61,106 bases of DNA from a virus. Lineage: Duplodnaviria; Caudoviricetes. Below the pieces are notes generated by a model. That model was not told the DNA's origin and did no database searches. It was given only the letters and a program-made list of their open reading frames with translations. Made by a program: the position numbers and the translations under genes. The stretch lies in the IMG/VR virus record IMGVR_UViG_3300037483_001204, positions 1 to 61,106 of that record; one strand, 5' to 3'. This document shows, piece by piece, positions 36,017 through 45,710 of this stretch (within the stretch, counting starts at the first letter, position 1; every line of letters starts with the position of its first letter).

Positions 36017-37867
36017 TTACGAGGTGGGGAGGTACGGGAAGAGCGAGACCCCGATGCTCGTCCCGAGGACGGGGTCCTCGAACGAGTCGAACTTCACCTG
36101 GATCCGGACCGACTCGTTCACCGGGAACTCCTTACCCCCTCCGTCCAGGGTACCCGAGGGGAGATCGACGTGGATAGCCCCGTTCTCGTTCCGGAGCGTA
36201 AAGTCGAGCTGGACCGTGGTGTTGTTCCGGATCCGAGCCGGGACCACCGGGTCCGAGAAGAGGAGCGTCGCGTCGAGCGAGACCTCCAGGTTCCCGTAGT
36301 TCATGTACTTCGGGCCGAGGTTATCGAGGACCTTCTCCCCCTCGACGTTGTTCAGGAGCGTGAGCGTAGCCTCCTTGAAGTCGGTCGTGAGGCCCGTCTC
36401 GTCGACGTCCTGGACCCGAAGCCGCATGAAGTCCGCGGCGGTGTTGAAGGCCGCCCGCTTCTTCGGGCTCGCCGCCGCCGAGGCCCCCGCGCGGCGAGTC
36501 GTCGTCGGAACGGCCGTGTCCATCCCCTTGAACCCGACCGTAAGCTCCGCCTTCGACGCGAGCGGGAGGGCGAACTGGAGGGCGTCGCAGTAGTTCCCCG
36601 TCGGGTACTCGTACGCCGTCGCGCCGCCCGCCCCGAGGTTCGGGAACGAACCCTCGAAGACGAAGCTCTGCTCCAGGAAGTCCGCGTCGTCCACAGCGAC
36701 GTTCCGGACGAAGCGTCCGTAGAGGATGTCGATGGACTTCCCGGTCCCCGCGTCGAGGACGAGGGTCGAGTTCGCCCGGTCGAGGACGAGGGTGTCGTTC
36801 GTCGTCGACGTCGTCTCCATCGCCACGACCCGAACGACCCCGAAGTTGGCCGCGGCGGTGAACCGGTTCGCGGTCTCGGGGCCCCCGAGGTGGATCGACT
36901 GCCCGACCTGGATCTCCGTGTCGGTCGCGAAGTTCAGCGAGGCCGAGAGGAGCTTTCCGTCGGCCGTAATCGAGAGGTCCCCGGAGTCCCCCCGGAAGCC
37001 GCACTTCTCGATCACGAAGGTGGCCGGGAGCGTCTCCGCCACGAGCGTCGTCGTGACCGGGATGTCGGTCGCGGAGGGCGTCCCGTTCACGACGTGGAAG
37101 CCGTTGTTAGCGGAGTTCACCGCGTTCTGCGTGTAGATCAGGTCCGCCGGAGACGCCGAGAGCGTAACCCCGATGTCGGCGACGGTGAAGGAGTCCGTGT
37201 CGCAGGCCGAGGCCGTGAAGACCGGAGCCCCCCCGAGGGAGGCGAAGCAGAAGCCCTCGATCCAGTCCTCGAAGGAGGACATCGTAAGGTCCACCGGGAT
37301 CTCGACGCCCGAGTCGAGATCGGTCGTGGCACCCTTCTGGCGCTGCCGGTTCTTCGAGATCGGGTTGCGGGGAGTCTTCGAGATGGTCGAGCCCCACTGG
37401 TTGATGTCGTTCGACTCGACCTCGTACCAGGAGATATCCGCCCCGTCCTCCAGCGTCGCCGCGCCCCACGAGCCGTTCGTCAGCGTCTCCGTCGTCGCGA
37501 TCGAGTTCCCCGCGGTCCCCCCGGAGAGGGCCGTCACGACGAGCGTCGTCGCGCCCGCGACCGCGGAGACCTGCGTGTTCGCGGTCATCGCCACCGCGTA
37601 CGCCGTCCCCGGTCCCGCCCCGAGGTTGATCGCCGCCGCGAGGTTCGAGATCGAGTCCGCGGTCGAGGCCCCGATAGCGACGTGACCGTCCGTGTTCGAG
37701 AGGCTCGTGTCGAAGGTGTAGGTCTTCGAGCCGATCACGACGGTCTCGGTATCGAGGGGCTGCCCGGTAAACGTGAGCGTCCCCGTCGCCGCCGCCCCCT
37801 CCGAGATCCCCGGGGAGGTCTCTCGGGCGTAGATCACACCGATATTGTTGGTTAGAACCCGTCCCAT
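36017..37867 (-). CDS. major tail (tube) protein
   Basis: RNPISKNRQRQKG.TTDLDS, GGKEFPVNESV; 616 aa with an N-terminal insertion. Confidence 0.85.
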   Translation of the reverse strand: MGRVLTNNIGVIYARETSPGISEGAAATGTLTFTGQPLDTETVVIGSKTYTFDTSLSNTDGHVAIGASTADSISNLAAAINLGAGPGTAYAVAMTANTQVSAVAGATTLVVTALSGGTAGNSIATTETLTNGSWGAATLEDGADISWYEVESNDINQWGSTISKTPRNPISKNRQRQKGATTDLDSGVEIPVDLTMSSFEDWIEGFCFASLGGAPVFTASACDTDSFTVADIGVTLSASPADLIYTQNAVNSANNGFHVVNGTPSATDIPVTTTLVAETLPATFVIEKCGFRGDSGDLSITADGKLLSASLNFATDTEIQVGQSIHLGGPETANRFTAAANFGVVRVVAMETTSTTNDTLVLDRANSTLVLDAGTGKSIDILYGRFVRNVAVDDADFLEQSFVFEGSFPNLGAGGATAYEYPTGNYCDALQFALPLASKAELTVGFKGMDTAVPTTTRRAGASAAASPKKRAAFNTAADFMRLRVQDVDETGLTTDFKEATLTLLNNVEGEKVLDNLGPKYMNYGNLEVSLDATLLFSDPVVPARIRNNTTVQLDFTLRNENGAIHVDLPSGTLDGGGKEFPVNESVRIQVKFDSFEDPVLGTSIGVSLFPYLPTS

Positions 37868-37879
37868 GGCGCCCTCCCC

Positions 37880-38281
37880 CTACCTTACCTCAGAGTAGTC
37901 GAAGTAGGCCGAAGCCCGCACTCCGTATCGCCCGTCCCCGTCCGGCCCCGTCTCGCGGACCGGGACCTCCCCGTAGAAGCGCAGCCCGTCGAACGACACC
38001 CCCTCGAAGAGGGCGCGAAACGCCCGAGCGTCCTCGTCGACCCAGGCCGTCCCCGTGTTCTCGTCGTTGAAGAACTCGGCCTCGACCCTAGCCTCTCGAA
38101 CGTACCGCCGATTCCCCGGTGCGCCCAGGGTCTCGGGCGCCGAGTCGAGGTTCCGGACCTTAAACCGAGCCCACCGGCCCGCGGGCGGATCGAACGCCTC
38201 GTTGTCGAGGGTAAAGACCCCCGTCCAGTTATCGACGATCCGCTTCGTACAACTCTCGCGCGCCTCGTTCTCGGTAGGCAC
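37880..38281 (-). CDS. tail terminator protein
   Basis: DNEAFDPP..RWAR..VR; directly upstream of the tube gene. Confidence 0.7.
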   Translation of the reverse strand: MPTENEARESCTKRIVDNWTGVFTLDNEAFDPPAGRWARFKVRNLDSAPETLGAPGNRRYVREARVEAEFFNDENTGTAWVDEDARAFRALFEGVSFDGLRFYGEVPVRETGPDGDGRYGVRASAYFDYSEVR

Positions 38282-38284
38282 CGC

Positions 38285-38668
38285 CTAGCTCCCCGTGTCG
38301 AGGGCCTGGACCCCCCGCCGGATCGCGTCCTCGACGAACGGATACCGAGCGTCGACGATAGGACCGTAGGGGACGTTGTTCGTGATGTAGACCGATCCCT
38401 GCTCCAGCGACGAGTACCCCCCCGCGGCGAGGCGGGCCTGGCCCGCGGCCTGCTGAGCCCCGGAGACTCTCTCCGGGACCCCGTCGAGTCCGACGTAGGG
38501 GACCCCGATATTCGGGACGAAGTTAGCCCGGAGCCAGCCCGTATCGACCCTACAGTCCTCGATCAGGGCGTGGGTTATCTCCAGCGTTAACAGCGTTACG
38601 ACGTGCGCCGCCGCTCGATCGAGGCCGAGGACGATCCCCCGGATCTGGCGATCTCCGTCCGCCGACAT
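38285..38668 (-). CDS. neck/tail completion protein (HK97 gp10-like)
   Basis: VDTGWLRAN...YITNNVPY. Confidence 0.75.
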   Translation of the reverse strand: MSADGDRQIRGIVLGLDRAAAHVVTLLTLEITHALIEDCRVDTGWLRANFVPNIGVPYVGLDGVPERVSGAQQAAGQARLAAGGYSSLEQGSVYITNNVPYGPIVDARYPFVEDAIRRGVQALDTGS

Positions 38669-38672
38669 CGCG

Positions 38673-39191
38673 CTACCCCCTCGCCTCGTCCTCGTCCCCT
38701 GCCTCTTCCTCCGGCGGAGAAGTCTCTCCCGGCTCGGACGCGAGGCTCGTCTGCTCGTCGAAGCAGGCCGCCGTCTCCTCCGCCTTCACGAGACCCTGGA
38801 CCTTCGTCTTCTCGCCCGTCGGACTCGTCACCTCGTACCAGCCCCCGCCGAGGGAGGCCACCCGAGGGTTCCGCTTCCGGATGGACCCGTCCGCGGGAGC
38901 GTCGGGCTGCGGGACGACCTTCAGGATCCCCCTCGACGGAAGCTCCCAGTCCCGAAGCTCGATGTACTCCGCCTCCCAGAGGCGCCGGAGCTTCGCCGCG
39001 CCGACGAGGGAGGCCTTATCGACCGGGTCCCCCGGACTCGCGAAGATTGGCTTCCGCTTCCCCTTCGGCCCGTCCGTGTGGGAGACCTGGAGGCGTCGCC
39101 GCCAGACGAACTCCGCGCTAGGGTCGAACCGCTGCCGGCGGTCCCGGAACTTCGTGATGGGCCGAGAGACCGGCCCGAGCGTAGTCGTCAT
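38673..39191 (-). CDS. hypothetical protein downstream of the capsid gene
   Basis: ATG 39191 with AGGAG RBS. Confidence 0.6.
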   Translation of the reverse strand: MTTTLGPVSRPITKFRDRRQRFDPSAEFVWRRRLQVSHTDGPKGKRKPIFASPGDPVDKASLVGAAKLRRLWEAEYIELRDWELPSRGILKVVPQPDAPADGSIRKRNPRVASLGGGWYEVTSPTGEKTKVQGLVKAEETAACFDEQTSLASEPGETSPPEEEAGDEDEARG

Positions 39192-39275
39192 GGAGACTCC
39201 TCTTCCCTTCGCCCGCGGGAGGCGGCGAAGCCCCCGTCGAGGGGCCCCGCCTTCCCGCACGCACCGGTTCCCGTC

Positions 39276-40247
39276 CTACGTGAGGACGTCGTTGAGGAAG
39301 TAACCGAGATCAGCCGCGATCAGCTTCTGGGCGAAGGCCTGCTCGATCTCGACCCGATCGGACGCCTCCGGCTCCGTCCGGAACCGCTTGATCCGGATCC
39401 CGTTCGGCGAGGCCCCCAGGTAGCCCGTCCAGGAGAACGTGTAGCCCCCCGTCGGGGTCATGAGGCCCGGGTTCGGAGCCGCGTAGACCACGAGACAACC
39501 GTCCGAGCCCCCGATGAACGAGTGGGAGGCCGTGGCCCCCTTATTCGCGGTGTTCTTGATCGCGTCCATCACGAGGACCTCGTCGACCTCGAAGATCGCC
39601 GCCAGCTGCTCCCGGTTCGTCTTCGCCGGGCCGGAGGTCTGGCCCCGGTCGAGGCGACCGATGATGTCGGCGTGATCGACGAGGACGTCGAAGACGTTCC
39701 GCGTCACGACGACCTTGTTCGGCATGAAGCCGGTCGACTGGAGGACCGTCCGCTTCGCCGTCCGGACGTTCCCGATCGGATCCGAGCCCGAGGCCGCGTC
39801 CCACTTCGTCCCCGGCGCCGAGTCGGTCGTCCACTTCGACGTCGTGAAGAAGTTCGAGACCCAGCTCGCCTCGCGCCGGATCAGCGCCTTGTGCGTGAGG
39901 AACTCCGTCGTCTCCCGATCCGGCGCGAGCGGGGAGTCGACGTTGGCCCGGATCTGGTCCGGGATATTCTTGTGGAGCGCCCACACGTCGCAGAAGTACG
40001 TCGGGGTGGAGTCGATCTCGTACGTCCCCCCCGCGCTCTCCGCGCCCGGCGCCCGCTTCTGCATGTCGTCCCGGTTGAACTCCCCGCGGTCGATCGTGAA
40101 GTACCGGTCGGACTGCTTCGTGACGGGGACGTTCGGAAAGACCCGATCCGCCACGAAGTTACTCGCGCTCTGGAGGAACGCGATAGAGATGTTCGTAAGG
40201 GGGCGATTGACGTGGACGTCGCCCCGGGTCGGCTGCACGAACGGCAT
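39276..40247 (-). CDS. major capsid protein
   Basis: HVNRPLTNISIAF.Q....F.ADRVFP.VPV.KQSD; HK97-fold phage capsid E-like. Confidence 0.9.
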   Translation of the reverse strand: MPFVQPTRGDVHVNRPLTNISIAFLQSASNFVADRVFPNVPVTKQSDRYFTIDRGEFNRDDMQKRAPGAESAGGTYEIDSTPTYFCDVWALHKNIPDQIRANVDSPLAPDRETTEFLTHKALIRREASWVSNFFTTSKWTTDSAPGTKWDAASGSDPIGNVRTAKRTVLQSTGFMPNKVVVTRNVFDVLVDHADIIGRLDRGQTSGPAKTNREQLAAIFEVDEVLVMDAIKNTANKGATASHSFIGGSDGCLVVYAAPNPGLMTPTGGYTFSWTGYLGASPNGIRIKRFRTEPEASDRVEIEQAFAQKLIAADLGYFLNDVLT

Positions 40248-40355
40248 GGCTCCTTCTCCTCCCTCTTCCCCACCCGGCGCCCCTAGAAGGCCCGGCGTCT
40301 CGGTGGACCGACCCTCCCCGTGAGGGTCGGTCCGTTCACCTTCCCCGGCGGTCTC

Positions 40356-40751
40356 CTACGAGCCCGCGTCGATATCGCAGAGGTAGAACTGCATCGGAAC
40401 GACGTCGTCGTCCACGCCCCCCGTGAGGAGGACGCCCCAGGCCCGATCGCCCGCGGTCGACCCGTGCGCGATCGCCTTACCCGCCGCGGACGTCGCGACG
40501 ACCGCCCCCTGCGAGAGCGTCGCGCCGAGCTTGATCATGGCGATTCCGCCGTCCGGAACGACCAGCGGGAAGGCGTTCCCGGCGGTCGAGACCGCCTCGC
40601 CGATGATTCCCGCGACGAGACCCTGAGCGGTGAGGTTCGTCCCCCCGCTCGTGATCTGGCCCGAGGACCACGCCCCGAAGTGGTACTGGAGGCTGGACAG
40701 ATCGACCGCGGCCTGGGCGGTGATCGACCGGCACGAAACGTAGTACGACAT
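40356..40751 (-). CDS. capsid decoration/cement protein (DUF2190-like)
   Basis: Small Gly/Ala-rich beta protein immediately upstream of the capsid gene. Confidence 0.7.
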   Translation of the reverse strand: MSYYVSCRSITAQAAVDLSSLQYHFGAWSSGQITSGGTNLTAQGLVAGIIGEAVSTAGNAFPLVVPDGGIAMIKLGATLSQGAVVATSAAGKAIAHGSTAGDRAWGVLLTGGVDDDVVPMQFYLCDIDAGS

Positions 40752-40817
40752 GACTCTCTTCCTCCTCTCGGGCCGGGATCCCCCGACCTCCCCTTCGTCT
40801 CTCCGCCCCCCGGCGAA

Positions 40818-42095
40818 CTACCGGGCCGGGCCCAGATCCTCGGAGAGGCGGTTCCCCTCCGGCGTGTCGAGCACCCGCGAGTACGCCTGCTCGTAGGAGA
40901 GGTCGGGGTGCTTCTCCTGGTAGGACTTCGCGAGCTTCTCCAGCCCCGCCTCTGCCGTCGTCTCCTCCGGCGTCGTCCTCGTCCCGAGGGACTTGAAGAC
41001 CCGCGCCTGCGCGAGGTCCCCGGCCTTCACGGCCGCGAGCGCCGCGTCCCGCGCGGCCTCGTCCGGGATCGCGTCGATGGCCTTCAGGAGGGCCGCCCGC
41101 TGCTCCGTCGTCCCCGGGAGATGGCCCAACACCTCGTCGGCCCGCTTGTGGAGTTCGACCAGGACCGCGTCGTCGGTCATCTTCGCGATCCTCCGGTCCT
41201 GGTCGTCGAGGCGCCGCGCCTGCGCCGCGAGGCGCGGGTCGTCGACCTTCCGGAAGACCGTCCCGTCCGCGGACTTGTAGACGACCTCCTCGCCGTCGAC
41301 CCCGTCGCGCGCCGCCTTCATCGCCGCACTCCGGTCCTCCGCGCTCTTCGCGAGGAAGCCCGGGCGGTCCTCGACCTTCAGCGACGAGTAGAACGTCCTC
41401 TCCAGCTTCTGCTCGGTCGTCAACTTCTCCGTCGTCTCCGGCATGGGATCTCCCTCCGTGTTGCCGGCCTCTTCCACAGCCCCCTTCGCGAGGGGGGCCC
41501 CTCCACCGTCCTGCCCCTCGCCCGCGGCCTTCGAGAGCGTCGCGAGATCGTGCGTGTGCCCGTTCGCCTCCCCGATCACCAGTCGCCCGTCGGTCGAGAG
41601 GACCCACGGGTGGGAGTGGCCGTGCTCGTCGCCCTCGCTCATCTTCGAGTGGGACGTCGTCCCGGACGTCGCCGGGCCGTCTCCTCGTTCGAGGTAGACG
41701 AGGTGCGCGTGCCCCTCGACCGAGGTCGTAAGGGCCACCATCTTCTCGACCCCGTCCTCCGGGTCGAGCCGCTTCGAGAGGACGCCCCCCTCGAAGGTCT
41801 TCGCGACGTACTGCCGGTTCGCGGCCGCCGCGCGCTGCTTCTCGTCGGGGAACTCCGATCGAGCCCCCGCGTCCGCCATGAAGCGGGCCACGAAGTCCTT
41901 CCGAGCCTCCCCCTTCTTCGGGCCCATCAGCTTCTTCCCGACGGGCTCCTCGTCGTCCGCCCGCTTCATGAGCCGGACGTAGGCGGGCTCCTGGGCCCCG
42001 CGGGGGACGGCGCTGATGGCGGCGATCCGGAGCTTCCGGAGGCGGTGCCTCTTCCTCCCCTCCGCGCTCTTCTTCAGTCCCTCGACCCAGCTCAC
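40818..42095 (-). CDS. scaffolding protein
   Basis: Helical C-terminus (YEQAYSRVL); His-rich segment; N-terminal ISAVPRGAQEPA. Confidence 0.65.
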   Translation of the reverse strand: MSWVEGLKKSAEGRKRHRLRKLRIAAISAVPRGAQEPAYVRLMKRADDEEPVGKKLMGPKKGEARKDFVARFMADAGARSEFPDEKQRAAAANRQYVAKTFEGGVLSKRLDPEDGVEKMVALTTSVEGHAHLVYLERGDGPATSGTTSHSKMSEGDEHGHSHPWVLSTDGRLVIGEANGHTHDLATLSKAAGEGQDGGGAPLAKGAVEEAGNTEGDPMPETTEKLTTEQKLERTFYSSLKVEDRPGFLAKSAEDRSAAMKAARDGVDGEEVVYKSADGTVFRKVDDPRLAAQARRLDDQDRRIAKMTDDAVLVELHKRADEVLGHLPGTTEQRAALLKAIDAIPDEAARDAALAAVKAGDLAQARVFKSLGTRTTPEETTAEAGLEKLAKSYQEKHPDLSYEQAYSRVLDTPEGNRLSEDLGPAR

Positions 42096-42715
42096 GACGC
42101 TACCTCCTCCCGGATCGCTCCGCCCCCGATCGAGAACCCCGTGTACTCCCCGGACTGGAACTTCCGGAGGACCTCGGGGTCGCTCGGGCGCATCGCGATC
42201 ATGAGCCCGTTCACGGGGGTCTCGATATCGAAGGCCTTCGCGACCTCCGCCGTGAGCGGGAACGCGAAGACCACGGAGCCCTTGTCCTTGTAGTCGTGCT
42301 TCTCGTCCGCGAGTCGGGAGTTCTCCATGAAGTCGACCCCCGCCCTCAGGATCTCGTCGTCGGAGGCGTGGTCCCCCTGGAGGTCGTAGTAGTCCTCGCC
42401 GCCGATCTTTGAGACGATCGCGTAGCCCATCACGAGCCCGAGCCTCTCGTCGACCTTCCGGACCGGCACGTAGCTCGCGACGCTCTCCGTCCCCGCCTCC
42501 TCCTTCAGGACCGTCCCCTTCGGAGCGGGTCCGAGAACCTTCTCGGTCTCGGCCTTCGCCTCCTCGACGGAGAGGCCCGCGTCACGGTAGTTCTGGTAGA
42601 GCTTGATCCAGGGACTCCCCGCCCTCGCCTTCTCGACCTCCACGAGCCTCGCCTCCTCTCGCCGTCGCGCGCGACGGCTCTGCCTCTTTCGCCGGAGTCG
42701 CTCCCGCCGCGACAC
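42092..42715 (-). CDS. XkdF-like prohead serine protease
   Basis: LGLVMGYA, DLQGD, H, GEYTGFSIGG. Confidence 0.8.
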   Translation of the reverse strand: MSRRERLRRKRQSRRARRREEARLVEVEKARAGSPWIKLYQNYRDAGLSVEEAKAETEKVLGPAPKGTVLKEEAGTESVASYVPVRKVDERLGLVMGYAIVSKIGGEDYYDLQGDHASDDEILRAGVDFMENSRLADEKHDYKDKGSVVFAFPLTAEVAKAFDIETPVNGLMIAMRPSDPEVLRKFQSGEYTGFSIGGGAIREEVAS

Positions 42716-42722
42716 CTATCCC

Positions 42723-43181
42723 CTACCAGCCGCGCCCGCCGCGGGTGAGGTCGTACTCCTCGAAGATCGAGACCCGGAGCGCGGAGCCCTGGATATCGTC
42801 GAGGAGGAGCCGGTAGTAGGGCCAACTCCGGTAGGTGTCCGGGACGTCGAGCGTATCCGCCGCGGCGGAGTCGACCGTGTCCGTAAAGGCCGTGAACCAC
42901 AGCGTATCCGCCGCCGGAATCGAGTGGGGACAGAACTGGATCGTCACCTTGCACGAGTCCGTCGCCCCGACCGCGAGCCGGAGGCCCCCGTCGACGTTCG
43001 TCGGGAGCTGCTTTACGAAGACCTCCTGGGTCGTCCCGAGGGAGTCCGGATTCGCCGACCCCCCGATCGAGGTCGCGCTTCGGTCGAGCTTCAGGTGGTT
43101 CACCGTCTGGGCCCCGACGACCCCGACGAGAAGAACGAAGAGCGCGAGCGCCCCCCCGAGACTCATCAGTTTCCGCTCCAT
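42723..43181 (-). CDS. secreted/membrane-anchored hypothetical protein
   Basis: ATG 43181 coupled to the upstream stop; MERKLMSLGGALALFVLLVGVVGA-Q looks like a signal peptide. Confidence 0.55.
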   Translation of the reverse strand: MERKLMSLGGALALFVLLVGVVGAQTVNHLKLDRSATSIGGSANPDSLGTTQEVFVKQLPTNVDGGLRLAVGATDSCKVTIQFCPHSIPAADTLWFTAFTDTVDSAAADTLDVPDTYRSWPYYRLLLDDIQGSALRVSIFEEYDLTRGGRGW

Positions 43182-44212
43182 CACGCAGCCCTCCTTAGGC
43201 GTCGTCTTCGCACCCGGACACTTACCGCACACCGACACTTAACCGTCTCGGACCCCGACGCCTCCTCGTCCCCCGGCCACCGGATAAGGTTCCCGTTACC
43301 CGAGAGGAACGGCTCGTCGTCCGCCCGCTCCTGCCCCGCGAGGTACGAGTGGGAGGACCGGACCCGCTCGTCGTGAGCCGTGTGCCAGGTCCGGACCACC
43401 TCGCGCTCGTTTAGGATCCCCGAGTCGTACGCCTGCCGGAACATCTCCGCGTTTCCCTCGTGAACCGAGCGGAGCGCCTCTGACCGCGCGATCGTCTCCG
43501 CCCGGTAGGCGAGGTACCGCTCTCGATACCGCCCCACCATACGCTCGACCTGCTCCGGAGGCAACGCCGTTTTCGTCTTGATCGCCCGCCGGAGGGTCCC
43601 GTCGAAGCGGCGGTCCCTCAACTGGCGAGAGAGCGCGGCGGAGCTTCGCTGCTCTAGGAGGCGCCGGTAGTTCGCGACCGCCGCGTTCTGGCGCTGGGTC
43701 AATCCGATCGAGTCCCGGAACTCCCGCGCCATGACCCTCGGGTTTACCCCCCGGCGAGCCCCGTCGACGAGCGCCTCTCGGACGGAGGACCGGGCCTCGT
43801 CCGTGAACTCCCGGATGAAGCGGAGGCGCGCCGCGCGCATCTTATCGACCGCGCGCGGGTTGATCGCGTCGAAGTCGACGACGACCCCGAGCCCCTCGCC
43901 CAGGAAGCGGGCCACGTCCTCCCCCGCGCGGACGAAGTGGAGCGCGGGCCGGTTCGAGAGGCGGGTCACGACCCGCTCCGAGACGTAGTAGGCGAGGGCG
44001 TCCTCGATCCGGCCCTCCCCGATCGCGGTGACGACCTCCGGCGGGGGCTCCTCCCGGAGCGTCTCTCGGTACCAAGTCAAGAAGAAGCGGAGGAGGTCGC
44101 CCTCGGCGAGGGCGAGGACCCTCCGCATGCGGTCGACCGCGTACCAGATCGACTCCGGCCCCTCGGTCGCCTTCTCGATCCGCTCCTCGACCGCCTCGCG
44201 CGCCGTCCTCAT
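43181..44212 (-). CDS. minor head protein (SPP1 gp7/Mu gpF-like)
   Basis: RAETIARSE, W.TA.DERVR.SH, PGD...E.VKCRC; start ATG 44212. Confidence 0.85.
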   Translation of the reverse strand: MRTAREAVEERIEKATEGPESIWYAVDRMRRVLALAEGDLLRFFLTWYRETLREEPPPEVVTAIGEGRIEDALAYYVSERVVTRLSNRPALHFVRAGEDVARFLGEGLGVVVDFDAINPRAVDKMRAARLRFIREFTDEARSSVREALVDGARRGVNPRVMAREFRDSIGLTQRQNAAVANYRRLLEQRSSAALSRQLRDRRFDGTLRRAIKTKTALPPEQVERMVGRYRERYLAYRAETIARSEALRSVHEGNAEMFRQAYDSGILNEREVVRTWHTAHDERVRSSHSYLAGQERADDEPFLSGNGNLIRWPGDEEASGSETVKCRCAVSVRVRRRRLRRAA

Positions 44213-44580
44213 CCCACCTCGCACTCCCATAGGGCGTCGGCCGGGTCCGTCCGGACTCGGTTTACGATATACGTCGCTCCCTCGAAGACGACCTTGTCGT
44301 TCGGTCGGGGCTCGACCCCCGAGGGGAGCGAGGCCCCGAGGATCGCGACGACCGAGACGAGGTCCGAGGTCGTCGAGCCCGGGTCCTTCCTCCGCCGGGA
44401 GGTCTTGAACCCCCGGCAAGAGTAGGTCGTCGACGACGGGTTCGTCCCCGCGGTAAGGGCCCCGGTCGTCCGCGTCCCGGGCGTGACCCGCACCAGGCTC
44501 ATCGCCACCACGTTCCCCGCGGAGCGGATCCCGTCGTAGACCTCCCGAGCGATGTCGATGCCGAAGAGCTTGCGACCCAC
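44209..44580 (-). CDS. head closure/head-tail joining protein
   Basis: P.PNDKV......Y.V..V..DPA.A.W; position. Confidence 0.65.
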   Translation of the reverse strand: MGRKLFGIDIAREVYDGIRSAGNVVAMSLVRVTPGTRTTGALTAGTNPSSTTYSCRGFKTSRRRKDPGSTTSDLVSVVAILGASLPSGVEPRPNDKVVFEGATYIVNRVRTDPADALWECEVG

Positions 44581-45149
44581 TACGGTAGCCCCTCCCCGGT
44601 GAATCCGTAGGCGCCGGAGGAGAAGCTCGACTCGACCCCCGCCCCCGTCACGACGATCCCGAGGTCCCCGGCCGCCGAGTCGAGGAACTCCCCGACGAGT
44701 TCGTCCACGACCGCCCCGAACCGACTCGCCGTAAGCCGAGTCGGCTGGAAGAACTCGACCCGCGCCGAACCCGCCCCGACCGCCCGGACGTTCGAGCCGG
44801 AGTTGACGGCCTCCTGGGCGGTGGGGTCGGCCCGGAGGATCTCCGCCAGCTCGTACGTCCCCCAGACGATCCCGTCCGGGACCGCCGAGGACGATACCGC
44901 GTTACCCTCCCGATCGACCACCCCCGTCCTCGGCCAGTCGAGGAACTGCGTGGGAGACGTCTTCGTCCCCTGCCAATTCTGCCGGTCCATCATCCTCGTC
45001 GCCGTGACGAGGGCCTTAGCCTGGTCCTCGGGGTCCGCGTCGATCCAGTCGCCTCCGTGGAGGGCCGCGTTGAAATACTCCGAGGCCGAACCGGCGCCCG
45101 TGAGCGACCCGTAGACCTCGTAGCTCGTCCCGCCGATCGTAACGCTCAC
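44580..45149 (-). CDS. head-tail connector (DnaT-like family)
   Basis: ALVTATR.MD...WQG.K....Q.LDWPR, ELA. Confidence 0.8.
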   Translation of the reverse strand: MSVTIGGTSYEVYGSLTGAGSASEYFNAALHGGDWIDADPEDQAKALVTATRMMDRQNWQGTKTSPTQFLDWPRTGVVDREGNAVSSSAVPDGIVWGTYELAEILRADPTAQEAVNSGSNVRAVGAGSARVEFFQPTRLTASRFGAVVDELVGEFLDSAAGDLGIVVTGAGVESSFSSGAYGFTGEGLP

Positions 45150-45169
45150 AGCTCTCCCCCCTCTCCCTC

Positions 45170-45529
45170 TTACGTGGTCTTGGACTTGTCCTGGACGAAC
45201 CGGATGTAGCCCTCCCCGACCGTAAGGAGATCCCCCGCAGCGTCCTTCTCCTGGACGTCGATGTAGATTCTGCCCAGGAGGTCGACGTCCGCGTCCCCCG
45301 GGGAGAACGTGAACGTCCCGTCAGCATTGCCGGAGGCCGTGAGCTGAAACACCTTCGTGGTATTGTCCGGGGGCGCCGGGGACGGGTCCCCCGTCATCGT
45401 ATAGGTGTAGCCGCTCAAGTCGAGCGCCACGCCGTTCACCTTCCGAAGAAACCGGTACGGCTTCGTATCCCCGCGGGTCCTCCGGAACGCTAGAAGGACG
45501 GGGTCGTAGACGGTGATGTTCTCAGCCAC
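45170..45529 (-). CDS. virion-associated hypothetical protein (BppU-like)
   Basis: RGDT...DLSGYT...G.F.F. Confidence 0.55.
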   Translation of the reverse strand: MAENITVYDPVLLAFRRTRGDTKPYRFLRKVNGVALDLSGYTYTMTGDPSPAPPDNTTKVFQLTASGNADGTFTFSPGDADVDLLGRIYIDVQEKDAAGDLLTVGEGYIRFVQDKSKTT

Positions 45530-45530
45530 G

Positions 45531-45710
45531 TCAGCCTCCCTCGTCGAGGACGATCTGGTCGTCCACCATGTCGATCTCGATAAGGTCGTCGAGGAGGTCG
45601 ACCTCGATCGCCTCGTCCAACAGCTCCAGCTCGATCTCGTAGGCCACGACGGTCGTCGCGGCCCCCGCGGCCCCGATTCCGATACCGAACCCCCCGGAGA
45701 CTATGCTCAC
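45531..45710 (-). CDS. small acidic protein
   Basis: GTG 45710 overlaps the upstream stop; (E/D)-hydrophobic alternating tail EIELELLDEAIEVDLLDDLIEID. Confidence 0.5.
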   Translation of the reverse strand: MSIVSGGFGIGIGAAGAATTVVAYEIELELLDEAIEVDLLDDLIEIDMVDDQIVLDEGG

